Positions 30,430 to 39,357 of a DNA stretch of 64,000 bases are shown in pieces. A program made the position numbers and the translations under genes. Each line of letters opens with the position of its first letter. Position 1 is the stretch's first letter. Where the stretch lies: positions 9,154-73,153 of the forward strand of contig CALHXW010000314.1 in the NCBI GenBank assembly GCA_938040325.1, given 5' to 3'. The stretch is from an uncultured bacterium (GTDB taxonomy: Bacteria; Myxococcota_A; UBA9042; PHBI01). Under the pieces are notes generated by a model. The model saw nothing but the letters and a program-made list of their open reading frames with translations, had not been told where the DNA came from and did not search any database.

Positions 30430-33111
30430 CTATCCGCGACGCTCTTCACTGCGCGCCAGCGCGAGTGACAACCAGACCATCAGCGCAAGCCACATCCACA
30501 TCGGGGCAGTGTTCGTGTTGGCGGACGCGCAGCCCCCACCCTCTTCAACCGATGTCACGACCGCGGCGTTTCGGCTTGGCTCGTCTTGGCCATCGGCGCT
30601 GATGACTTCGACGTTGGCCGTGTCTTCGTCGTTGGCCCCCACGTCGTTGCCGCTCACGTCGGGGTTGGTGACGCCTACGTCCGGGCTCGGTCCTTCGTCG
30701 ACGGGTTCGGAGGGCTGGCAAGCAGGGTCGAGGGTGCATGGGCCCCAGCTGCCGCTCGATGCGCAGACTCGAACGCCTGCCTCACAGCCGGCTACCGCGT
30801 TGCTCAGGGCGCACACGCCATCTTTGCCAGGCAGGCAGAACTCGCAGACATCGCCTTCGTCGGTCTGGCCATCGCAGTCATCGTCGGCATCGTTACAGAT
30901 CTCGGCGTTGAGAGGATTGGGATTGTCGACGATGCAGACGGTCTCGCCTTCTTCCCCGCACGCCCACTCACCGGCTTGTTCGCAGCTTGTGCCTTCGGCC
31001 GCGACACACCCCTCGCCCACGAGCAGCCCCTCATCGACTTGACCGTCACAGGTGTCATCAACGCCGTTGCAGAGCTCCACGAGAACTTCGCAGCCACCAC
31101 AGCTGTTGAGTACGCCCTCGTCGGTCTCGCCGTCACAGTCATCGTCGATGCCGTTGCAGACCTCCGACGGCAAGTCACCGCAAGCTCCACACGCGTTGAG
31201 GAGGCCCTCATCGGTCTCGCCATTGCAGTCGTCGTCGATGCCGTTGCAAACTTCGTCGGCGAGTGGACCGCAGGCCCCACACGCGTTGAGTAGGCCCTCG
31301 TCGGTCTCGCCGTCACAGTCATCATCGAGGCCATTGCACTCGGTCTCTGAGCCGACCGGCCCGCAGCCACCGCAGGCGTTGCTGACACCCTCGTCGGTCT
31401 CACCGTCGCAGTTGTCGTCGATGCCGTTGCAGACCTCGGTCGCACCAGCGTTGACGCTGGGGTCACTGTCGTCGCAGTCGGTTCCAGGTGGCGAGACAAA
31501 GCCGCCGTCGCCATCGCTGTCGCCAGTGGTCACGCCCGAGGTGATCGCGCGAATCTCGTCGAAGAGAACTGTCGACGAACCCGAGACCCGCGGGTCGACG
31601 CGCAAGCCAGTGATGGTGCCCGTCCACTCCGGGTGGTCGGCAAAGCTCACGAAGGCCGGGTCGTAGTCGCCAGTTGCCGGGATCACGAAGGGAGCCGAGC
31701 GACTCGCGCTGTAGGACGGTGACGCGCTCGTCTTGAAGAAGACGCGCCCCATCTGGGCCGCGCCGGTGGCCTTAGCCGTGACGCGCACAGCGGTTCGGCT
31801 TGCCGCTTGGAAGCTGACCGTGTTGTTGAGGATGATGGGATCGTTGCCAGCCATCACGACTTTCAGTGCGCCGTCGGCCGTGTCCACGCTCGCGCTCGTC
31901 GTTGTGCCGCCTTTCACCCAGCCTTCGGTCTCGGCGGCCTGAGGGCCGTCGAAGTCCCAGCGAAAGCGGTCATAGATGTCGAACTGTTTGAAAGCGCGGA
32001 TGTTCTTGCCTGGAACGTTGGTCTCGACCGCGTCGTTCCATGACGTCTTCTCGCCGTACCAACCGCCCACGTGCCAGAGCCAGACTCGCACGTCCGGGTG
32101 GTCAACCTTGCCGATGGAGTATCGGTTCGCTTTGGTGGTGAACTCGATCTTTTTGCTCTCGCCGGGGGCGAAGTGTCCCACGTAGTAGGCGCCGGTTGTG
32201 GGCGCTGACTTGGGCGGGTTTTGGGCCAGAGAGTCTGCGTTGCTGACTTGCCACGTCGCCTGATCAAACGCGGGGTAGTCGGTGTAGATCGTGTAGTTGG
32301 TGGGTTTAATGTAGGGGTCCTCAAACCAAACGCCCACGACAACGCTGTCGCCAGGCTGGGTTTGGGAGCCGGCCGTCGAGTTGCTCACGAGGATCTGGGT
32401 CGTGAACGTCTGCCCGTTGTAGAGGTCCATCAAGCCGCTGCTTGAGCCCTCAGCACGAAAGTCTGCTGCCTGACCCGTCGGTGGGATCGCCAGCACATCG
32501 ACATCGATGTCGGGCTCTTGCGGACCGCATGGACCGCCCCCCGGGCCGCCGCCCCACCACTCGTAGTGCCAGTGCTCGCTGGGGACGGTAGCGGAGAAGC
32601 CGTAGGCCGCGCCGTTGTTGTTGAGCCAGACCTTACGCGAGGTGCTCCAGCCGCCGGTGTTGAGGTCGACGGCATGCCCACTCTGGTGGTTGGAGTAGCC
32701 TGGCACCGCAGCGAGGTTGCAGTTGTTGCAGGCGCAGTTGATGTAGCAGTTGTAGAGGTACTGCTGCTGGCTGTTGGTCCGGAACCCACTCACTACCGCG
32801 AGGTTGATGCCCGCGTTTGCCGCCGCCTGCTCCATGATGATGTAGGCGTTGGCGGTCTGGACCTCCATGGGCTTGCCGCCCACGTGAACGACCGTGATCG
32901 GAAACGCATTGCCGCTCGTGTAGCCGGTGTCGGTGCTCTCGGAGCAGTCCACAGAGCTGAGGGCAAGGTGAGACGTCTCGAGCTGTCCGGCTGCTGCGAG
33001 GGCCTCCCAGTCGGGCTCTTCACAGGGATGGTCACTGCCAGCATCGGCGCAGCTAGCGAGCGCCGCCATCGCTGCGACAAGAACAAAACGACTAATGAGA
33101 CGGTTATCCAT
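30430..33111 (-). CDS. Secreted lipoprotein: M15 (VanY-like LAS) peptidase domain + beta-rich middle region + MopE-type Cys/Asp repeats + MYXO-CTERM-like tail
   Basis: Lipobox is AALASC. The LAS motif is SNHQSGHAVD (SxHxxGxAxD) plus EHWH. There are six or more repeats of CNGIDDDCDGETDEG..NACGACG. The tail is GGGCASANTNTAPMWMWLALMVWLSLALARSEERRG (GC, TM helix, basic end). Confidence 0.85.
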   Translation of the reverse strand: MDNRLISRFVLVAAMAALASCADAGSDHPCEEPDWEALAAAGQLETSHLALSSVDCSESTDTGYTSGNAFPITVVHVGGKPMEVQTANAYIIMEQAAANAGINLAVVSGFRTNSQQQYLYNCYINCACNNCNLAAVPGYSNHQSGHAVDLNTGGWSTSRKVWLNNNGAAYGFSATVPSEHWHYEWWGGGPGGGPCGPQEPDIDVDVLAIPPTGQAADFRAEGSSSGLMDLYNGQTFTTQILVSNSTAGSQTQPGDSVVVGVWFEDPYIKPTNYTIYTDYPAFDQATWQVSNADSLAQNPPKSAPTTGAYYVGHFAPGESKKIEFTTKANRYSIGKVDHPDVRVWLWHVGGWYGEKTSWNDAVETNVPGKNIRAFKQFDIYDRFRWDFDGPQAAETEGWVKGGTTTSASVDTADGALKVVMAGNDPIILNNTVSFQAASRTAVRVTAKATGAAQMGRVFFKTSASPSYSASRSAPFVIPATGDYDPAFVSFADHPEWTGTITGLRVDPRVSGSSTVLFDEIRAITSGVTTGDSDGDGGFVSPPGTDCDDSDPSVNAGATEVCNGIDDNCDGETDEGVSNACGGCGPVGSETECNGLDDDCDGETDEGLLNACGACGPLADEVCNGIDDDCNGETDEGLLNACGACGDLPSEVCNGIDDDCDGETDEGVLNSCGGCEVLVELCNGVDDTCDGQVDEGLLVGEGCVAAEGTSCEQAGEWACGEEGETVCIVDNPNPLNAEICNDADDDCDGQTDEGDVCEFCLPGKDGVCALSNAVAGCEAGVRVCASSGSWGPCTLDPACQPSEPVDEGPSPDVGVTNPDVSGNDVGANDEDTANVEVISADGQDEPSRNAAVVTSVEEGGGCASANTNTAPMWMWLALMVWLSLALARSEERRG
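30800..31450 (-). repeat. In-frame tandem coding repeats (~90-97 bp period) encoding the CNGxDDxCDGxTDEG modules
   Basis: Near-identical strings of the form ctcgtcggtctcgccgtcacagtcatcgtcgatgccgttgcagac recur near 31113, 31203, 31293 and 31390. Confidence 0.8.
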
Positions 33112-33205
33112 GGGCGACAGCTTACAGCACCGGCCGTGCGGGAACCAACCCTTCGGTCAAAGTCGTTGTAAGCAACGGCGGCTGTGAGCCTGCACCCCGC
33201 AAGCT

Positions 33206-33643
33206 TCAGTGCCGCGTGGCCAGGACGCCCGACATGAGCTGGCTAAAGACCGTGACCTTGGGGTCCGGCACGCGCAGCGGCTCCGCTTCCTCGAGCCCCT
33301 CGGTCGCGTGGCGGTATGGCATGACCACGCATGACTCTTGCCCAGAGAGCGACTCGCCCCATGCCGCGAGCAAGAAGTGCGCCGCACCACCGCCTTGGCT
33401 GGTGTTGAGCGCGACCAGCGCCAGCACTTGGACCGCCCGAAGGCCGATCAGCCGTTGCTGCAGCGTGTCCCATGCGCGCTCGCCGCGGCGCGGAAGGTCA
33501 GGCATCGGCAGCCACACATAAGGTTCGTCCTCATCATCGCGAACGACCACGAGGACCGGCGTCACCCTGCCCTCCTCGCGCAGCGTTGCCCGTCCCACCT
33601 CGAGGAGCAGACGCGCTCGTTCGTCGAGGTGGGCCTCGGCCAT
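33206..33643 (-). CDS. Hypothetical protein (~145 aa)
   Basis: The sequence from ATG 33643 (MAEAHLDERARLLLEVGRATLREEGRVTPVLVVV...) looks protein-like. The track ORF extension to 33973 overlaps the lyase gene and is Arg/Gly-rich. Confidence 0.5.
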   Translation of the reverse strand: MAEAHLDERARLLLEVGRATLREEGRVTPVLVVVRDDEDEPYVWLPMPDLPRRGERAWDTLQQRLIGLRAVQVLALVALNTSQGGGAAHFLLAAWGESLSGQESCVVMPYRHATEGLEEAEPLRVPDPKVTVFSQLMSGVLATRH

Positions 33644-33693
33644 GGCGTCACGCCATAGCACCAGGAAGTGCGCCCGGCTGATACCATCGCTCG

Positions 33694-34605
33694 TCAGCAC
33701 GCTCCACGCTCCTTGACCACCGCAGCATGGACGCGACTCTGGAGCGCGCCGGATAGGTGACCAGCCACCCCTTGGCTCGCCGCAACGACCCCATCGAGAT
33801 CGATGCCGGTCTCGTATCCGAGCTTGTCGAGCAGGTAGAGCACGTCCTCGGTCGCGACGTTGCCGGTCGCGCTCTTGGCATAGGGACAGCCCCCGAGACC
33901 ACCCGCCGACGCGTCGAAGCGACGGATGCCGGCCGACAGACTCTGGGCGACGTTCGCCACCCCCATCCCCCATGTGTCATGAAAGTGCATGACGAGCTTG
34001 TCGACATCGATGCCGCGGCCCAGCACCTCGTCGAGCAAGCGCTCGACTTCCATGGGCGTACCAACGCCGATGGTGTCGCCAAGGCTCACCTCGTAGCAGC
34101 CGAGGTCGAGCATGCGCTCAACGATGTCGGCCACTCGCTTCGGCTCGGTTGGGCCGTCGTAGGGACACGCGAAGATGGTCGAGACGTAGCCCCGAACCGA
34201 CACGCCATCGGTCAGCGCACGCTTCGCAACCCCACCGATGATCTCGAGGCTCTCTTCAATGGTCCGGTTGATGTTCTTTTTGGCAAAGCCCTCGCTCGAC
34301 GACGTGAAGAGCGCAATGGCGTCGCAGTCGGCGCGTCGAGCACGCTCATAGCCGCGCGCGTTGGGCACCAAGGCCACGTAGCGAACGTCAGGTTGACGGG
34401 TGAGACCTGCAAAGACGCCTTCGGCGTCGGCCATGGCCGGCACCCACTTCGGATGCACGAAGCTTGCGACCTCGATCTGACGGGCACCGGCCTCGACGAG
34501 TCGCTCGATGAACGCAACCTTTGCGGCTGTCGGTACATCCGCCCGCTCGTTCTGAAGTCCGTCGCGCGGCCCCACCTCCGTGATATGAACGACAGGCCGC
34601 GTCAT
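33694..34605 (-). CDS. liuE: Hydroxymethylglutaryl-CoA lyase
   Basis: EVGPRDGLQNE signature and TIM-barrel HMGL-like sequence throughout. ATGA overlap with the upstream gene at 34602-34605. Confidence 0.95.
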   Translation of the reverse strand: MTRPVVHITEVGPRDGLQNERADVPTAAKVAFIERLVEAGARQIEVASFVHPKWVPAMADAEGVFAGLTRQPDVRYVALVPNARGYERARRADCDAIALFTSSSEGFAKKNINRTIEESLEIIGGVAKRALTDGVSVRGYVSTIFACPYDGPTEPKRVADIVERMLDLGCYEVSLGDTIGVGTPMEVERLLDEVLGRGIDVDKLVMHFHDTWGMGVANVAQSLSAGIRRFDASAGGLGGCPYAKSATGNVATEDVLYLLDKLGYETGIDLDGVVAASQGVAGHLSGALQSRVHAAVVKERGAC

Positions 34606-35138
34606 GCGTCCTCCTTGGCCGCCACCTCGCAGAGCGGGCTCCCCGGCTCGACAGCATCACCCACGCCGAAGTGGATCGCGCTCACGGTCCCGTCGTAGGG
34701 CGCTTTGATCCCGTGCTCCATCTTCATAGCCTCAACGATAAGCAGGGTATCGCCGGCGGCAACCTCCTGCCCAACGGTCGCTTGGACCGCGATCACCTTG
34801 CCCGGCATCGGCGCCTCAAGGCCGCCGCTCACAGCGGACGACTCACGACTCTCGATCTGGTCGGCCATCACGAAGGTATCGCCGCCGACGGTCACCCAGA
34901 ACGTGTCTTTGACAAGCGAGACTTGGGCTTGAAGCTGAGTGCCCTCGGGGGTTGTCAGCATCCACACGCCGTCAGGCGCACGCCGCGCCTCGACCTCGAT
35001 GGCTTGACCATCGATGACCAACGTGGCCCCACCGGCCGACGGGCGACCTGCCACTTCGACGATCTCGTCGCCCACCGAAAAGCGCCGCGCCATCAGCTGC
35101 CTCCTGTTCGGCCAAAGGTTGGCGTCACGCCACGCCAC
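34602..35138 (-). CDS. liuD: C-terminal fragment of methylcrotonyl-CoA carboxylase alpha subunit (BT region + biotinyl/BCCP domain)
   Basis: Contains PMPGKVIAVQATVGQEVAAGDTLLIVEAMKMEH (AMKM biotinylation motif). It starts at a GTG inside the overlap with the biotin carboxylase ORF, in a different frame. Confidence 0.85.
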   Translation of the reverse strand: MAWRDANLWPNRRQLMARRFSVGDEIVEVAGRPSAGGATLVIDGQAIEVEARRAPDGVWMLTTPEGTQLQAQVSLVKDTFWVTVGGDTFVMADQIESRESSAVSGGLEAPMPGKVIAVQATVGQEVAAGDTLLIVEAMKMEHGIKAPYDGTVSAIHFGVGDAVEPGSPLCEVAAKEDA

Positions 35139-36619
35139 GGCGCCGAAGTCTCGACAATGGCCGCAAAACCACCACCGCCACCGGCCCGACGGTGCGCATC
35201 GGCAAGCCCCGCAACCACGAGCGCAGCGCGAGGCGGCACAGGCAACTCCCAGCCATTCGGGTAGTGCTCGGCGATGAAGCCTGTGTGGGTGTCGCCTTCG
35301 ATGAACTTCGGGTGTTCAAGCACGTCAACCAAGAAGCCACGGTTGGTGACCACGCCATGGAGCGCCATGGTCCGAAGGGCTGCCGCCAGGCGCGTGCGTG
35401 CAACCTCGCGATCTGGCCCCCAGGCGATAAGCTTCGCGAGCATGGGGTCGTAGTTGACGCCGACCTCATCCCCCTCCGCGTAGCCCGAGTCCCAGCGCAT
35501 GCCTGGCCCGAGATCGACCCGCAAACGCGCAATCGTTCCGACCTGAGGCAGAAAGCCCGCTGCTGGCGCCTCAGCGTAGATTCGCGCCTCGATCGCGTGC
35601 CCTCGCGGGCTGAGATCGGCCTGGGCCCAGGGCAGCGCCTCGCCGCGAGCCACGCGAAGCTGGGCACGCACGAGGTCGACGCCCCAGACCAGCTCAGTCA
35701 CCGGGTGCTCGACCTGAAGCCGCGTGTTCATCTCAAGGAAGTAGAACTCGCCTGCGCTGTCGAGCATGAACTCGACGGTGCCGGCGCCCTCGTAGCCCAC
35801 AGCCTTCGCTGCAGCGACCGCGGCTTGGCCCATCGCCTCGCGCAGTGCTGGCTCAAGGACTGGCGACGGCGCTTCCTCGATGACTTTTTGGTGTCGACGC
35901 TGGATCGAGCACTCTCGCTCGCCGACGTGGACGACGTTTCCGTGGCTATCAGCAAAGACCTGCACCTCGACGTGGCGCGGCGCGATCAGGAGCTTCTCGA
36001 CGTAGACCGTCTCGTCAGAGAACGCCGCAGCGGCTTCGCGCTTGGCCCCAGCGATCGCTGCCGTCAGCTCGCTGGCTTCGTGCACGGCCCTCATGCCCTT
36101 GCCGCCGCCACCGGACGACGCCTTGATCAGGACCGGAAGCCCCATCTCAGTCGCCGCGGCGACAAGCCCGGCGTCGCCGCTGCCTGGCTCTGCGGTGGCG
36201 CCCGGTACGACCGGAACGCCGGCGTTGATCATCCGCTCGCGCGCGTCGATCTTGGTCCCCATGGCCTTGATCGCGTCGATCGGCGGTCCGATCCACGTGA
36301 GGCCGGCCTCCATGAGACGCTGGGCAAACGCTGCGTTCTCACTCAAGAAGCCATAGCCGGGGTGGATGGCGTCGGCGCCACTGGCCTCGGCGGCGGCCAG
36401 CACCGCGTCGACGTCCAGATAGCTCTCGGTCGCGGGCGCCGGACCAACGTGCCACGCCTCATCGGCCAGGCGCACGTGCAGGGCGGTGGCATCCGCGTCG
36501 GAGTAGATGGCCACGGAGGCAATCCCCTCGGCGCGGCAGGCACGGATCACGCGCACAGCGATCTCGCCTCGGTTGGCGATCAAGACCTTGGTCACCGACC
36601 TTCGCGTCTCAGTGCTCAT
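35093..36619 (-). CDS. liuD: N-terminal fragment of methylcrotonyl-CoA carboxylase alpha subunit (biotin carboxylase, ATP-grasp)
   Basis: KVLIANRGEIAVRVIRACR and the full biotin carboxylase (BC) domain are present. ATG at 36619 forms an ATGA overlap with the hydratase stop. The ORF ends prematurely at ...SAPWRGVTPTFGRTGGS. Confidence 0.9.
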   Translation of the reverse strand: MSTETRRSVTKVLIANRGEIAVRVIRACRAEGIASVAIYSDADATALHVRLADEAWHVGPAPATESYLDVDAVLAAAEASGADAIHPGYGFLSENAAFAQRLMEAGLTWIGPPIDAIKAMGTKIDARERMINAGVPVVPGATAEPGSGDAGLVAAATEMGLPVLIKASSGGGGKGMRAVHEASELTAAIAGAKREAAAAFSDETVYVEKLLIAPRHVEVQVFADSHGNVVHVGERECSIQRRHQKVIEEAPSPVLEPALREAMGQAAVAAAKAVGYEGAGTVEFMLDSAGEFYFLEMNTRLQVEHPVTELVWGVDLVRAQLRVARGEALPWAQADLSPRGHAIEARIYAEAPAAGFLPQVGTIARLRVDLGPGMRWDSGYAEGDEVGVNYDPMLAKLIAWGPDREVARTRLAAALRTMALHGVVTNRGFLVDVLEHPKFIEGDTHTGFIAEHYPNGWELPVPPRAALVVAGLADAHRRAGGGGGFAAIVETSAPWRGVTPTFGRTGGS

Positions 36620-37416
36620 GCGTCCTCGCTCGCAAGCGCTTTGACCCACGCCGGCTTGTCTTTGGTCAAAAACGCCCGCATGCCCTCTTGTCCCTCGGCG
36701 CTGACACGGAGCGTCGCAATGAGGTCTGCGGTATGGTCGAAGACCGCGTCGGGCTCCATGCCGGCCACATCCATCGCCAACCCCTTACAGGCTCGAACGG
36801 CGTTCGGACCGCCCTTGACGATCATGCCAGCGACCCGCTCCACCTCGGCGTCAAGCGCAGCCTCATCGGGTAGGACCCGGTTGATGAGGCCAATCTCGAC
36901 AGCGCGCTTAGCGAGGAAGCGCTCGCCCGTCACGAAGAGCTCGCGCGCTGCGCCAACCCCGATCTTTTTGATGACGTAGGGACTGATCACCGCGGGCGCG
37001 AGACCAAGCCGCACCTCGCTAAAGGCGAACTTGGTGCCGGCTACCGCGAGCGGGATGTCGCAACACGACACAAGCCCCACCCCGCCGCCGATCGCGGCCC
37101 CATGAATGCGGCCGATCACGGGCTTGGGGCAGCGGTCGATCGCATCGAAGAGCCCCGCCATGCGACGAGCACCTGCCTTGTTGTCGGTGCTCTGCTGGCT
37201 TGCCATGGCGCGCATCCAGGCCAGGTCGGCGCCCGCGCAGAAGGTCTTGCCAGCGCCTCGCAGCACAACAACTCGAGCCGCATCCTCGTCCGTGGCCCGC
37301 TGGATGCTTGCGAGCAGGCTGTCGATCGCGTCTCCGTCAAAGGCGTTGCGCACCGCTGGGCGGTTGAGCGTGATGGTGAAGACGCCGCGCGACAGCGTGG
37401 TCTCAATGCTGGACAT
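36616..37416 (-). CDS. liuC: Enoyl-CoA hydratase family, probable methylglutaconyl-CoA hydratase
   Basis: Crotonase motif VVVLRGAGKTFCAGADL. It sits between the carboxylase subunit genes. Confidence 0.85.
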   Translation of the reverse strand: MSSIETTLSRGVFTITLNRPAVRNAFDGDAIDSLLASIQRATDEDAARVVVLRGAGKTFCAGADLAWMRAMASQQSTDNKAGARRMAGLFDAIDRCPKPVIGRIHGAAIGGGVGLVSCCDIPLAVAGTKFAFSEVRLGLAPAVISPYVIKKIGVGAARELFVTGERFLAKRAVEIGLINRVLPDEAALDAEVERVAGMIVKGGPNAVRACKGLAMDVAGMEPDAVFDHTADLIATLRVSAEGQEGMRAFLTKDKPAWVKALASEDA

Positions 37417-37440
37417 GTTCTCTACCCTCCGTGCGCGTCG

Positions 37441-39054
37441 CTACATCCTGAAGACGCCGGGGCGCCAGTCTGGGATCGGTGCGTTCAGACTCGCCGAGAT
37501 CGACAACCCCAAGACGTCACGGGTCGACCGCGGGTCGATGATGCCGTCGTCCCACAAGCGCGCTGTGGCGTAGTAGGGGTTGCCTTCGGCTTCGTACTTG
37601 TCGAGCAGCGGCTGCTTGAACGCGGCAATGGCCGCTTCGTCCCAGCCCTCTGCCTGGCCGCGGCGCTTGAGCTGGTCGCCCTTCACGGTCGCGAGCACGT
37701 TCGCGGCTTGCTCGCCGCCCATCACCGAGATGCGGGAGTTTGGCCAGCTCCACATGAAGCGCGGCTGGTAGGCCCGACCGCACATGCCGTAGTTGCCAGC
37801 CCCGTAGCTGCCACCGATCACGACCGTGAACTTCGGGACATTGGCCGTCGACACGGCGTGAACCATCTTGGCGCCGTCTTTCGCGATGCCGCGCCGCTCG
37901 TACTCGCTGCCCACCATGAAGCCGGTGATGTTTTGGAGAAACACCAGCGGGATCTTGCGCATGCAGCAGAGCTCGATGAAGTGGGCCGCCTTCATGGCCG
38001 TCTCGGAGAAGAGCACACCGTTGTTGGCGACGATACCGACGGGGTAGCCCCAGATGTTGGCGAAGCCTGTGACGATGGTCGTGGCGTAGAGCTCTTTGAA
38101 CTCGGCGAACCGGGAACCGTCCACGACGCGTGCGATGACTTCACGCACGTCGTAGGGCTTCTTGAGGTCGGTCGGCACAACGCCACAGAGCTCGTCAGGG
38201 TCGAACGCGGGGGCCTCAGCCGCCTTGAGGTCGGTGTGGATGTGAATCGGCTTGGTGCGGTTGAGCGTTGAGACGATGCGGCGCGCCTTCGCGATCGCAT
38301 CCTCGTCGTCGAGCGCGTAGTGGTCGGCCACACCGGAGTGACGGGCATGGACGTCGGCGCCGCCGAGTGCCTCTGCCGTCACCACTTCGCCCGTCGCGGC
38401 CTTCACCAGCGGCGGACCGCCCAAAAAGATGGTCCCCTGCTCTTTGACGATGATGGTCTCGTCGCTCATCGCGGGCACGTAGGCACCGCCGGCTGTGCAC
38501 GAGCCTAGGACAACCGCGATCTGAGGAATGTTGGCCGCCGACAGCCGCGCTTGGTTGTAGAAGATGCGACCGAAGTGCTCGCGGTCTGGAAAGACCTCGG
38601 CCTGCATCGGCAAGAACGCGCCGCCAGAGTCCACCAAATAGACGCAAGGCAGGTGGTTCTCGAGCGCAATCTCTTGAGCGCGAAGGTGCTTCTTCACGGT
38701 GATGGGGAAGTAGGTTCCTCCTTTCACCGACGCATCGTTGGCCACGATCATGCACTCGACACCCTCGACCATGCCGACGCCGGCGACCACGCCAGCGCCT
38801 GGCGCCTTGCCCTCGTACATCTCCCAGGCGGCTAGCTGACCGACCTCGAGAAATGGGGTGCCCGGATCGAGCAGCAGCTCGACCCGCTCGCGCGCGAGCA
38901 GCTTGCCGAGATCGCGCTGACGCTGCACGCCGCGGCCGCCCGCTCGGACCACGTCACGGCGGGCGCTGAGCTCTTCGACGAGCCCGAGCATGGAGGAGCG
39001 ATTGCCGGTGTAGTCCGCATCCGCTTTATTAACCGTTGTCCCAAGACGCTGCAT
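37441..39054 (-). CDS. liuB: Methylcrotonyl-CoA carboxylase beta subunit (carboxyltransferase)
   Basis: Carboxyl_trans family sequence throughout ([44 protein letters not shown]). ATG at 39054 has AGGAG 9 nt upstream. Confidence 0.95.
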   Translation of the reverse strand: MQRLGTTVNKADADYTGNRSSMLGLVEELSARRDVVRAGGRGVQRQRDLGKLLARERVELLLDPGTPFLEVGQLAAWEMYEGKAPGAGVVAGVGMVEGVECMIVANDASVKGGTYFPITVKKHLRAQEIALENHLPCVYLVDSGGAFLPMQAEVFPDREHFGRIFYNQARLSAANIPQIAVVLGSCTAGGAYVPAMSDETIIVKEQGTIFLGGPPLVKAATGEVVTAEALGGADVHARHSGVADHYALDDEDAIAKARRIVSTLNRTKPIHIHTDLKAAEAPAFDPDELCGVVPTDLKKPYDVREVIARVVDGSRFAEFKELYATTIVTGFANIWGYPVGIVANNGVLFSETAMKAAHFIELCCMRKIPLVFLQNITGFMVGSEYERRGIAKDGAKMVHAVSTANVPKFTVVIGGSYGAGNYGMCGRAYQPRFMWSWPNSRISVMGGEQAANVLATVKGDQLKRRGQAEGWDEAAIAAFKQPLLDKYEAEGNPYYATARLWDDGIIDPRSTRDVLGLSISASLNAPIPDWRPGVFRM

Positions 39055-39357
39055 GGTCCGAGTACTCCTGCGTCCCGGCGTCTTGATCAACTGCGCCGAG
39101 CCCACGGCGACATAGCAGCGCCGGCGCGGCTTGGAAAGCCAACACTAACGACCACCCGGCCCAAGCAATCGGTCGTTCCTTGGCGATCGTCAGCACGGGG
39201 TTGCCGCACCGGTGGGGGTCGTGAAACGCGAGGCGGAGCCAACCGTTTACAGCGACTTAGAGTTGAAACCGGACGACTGCTTGTTTGTCGCGAGGATGTC
39301 GTGCAAACCCCGAGTGCCACCGCACATCAACTGCCCCTCCGGCAAAGGTTGTCCGCC

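Noticed and set aside
35192-36979. 595-aa plus-strand ORF, and similar long ORFs at 37102..38271, 21015..21842, 20186..21040, 28131..29081, 33757..34698 and 14990..15673
   Set aside because: All are antisense to genes with unmistakable family signatures (biotin carboxylase, carboxyltransferase, 2-hydroxyacid dehydrogenase and others). Their translations are Arg/Ala/Gly/Pro-rich with no motifs, which is typical of shadow ORFs in high-GC DNA.
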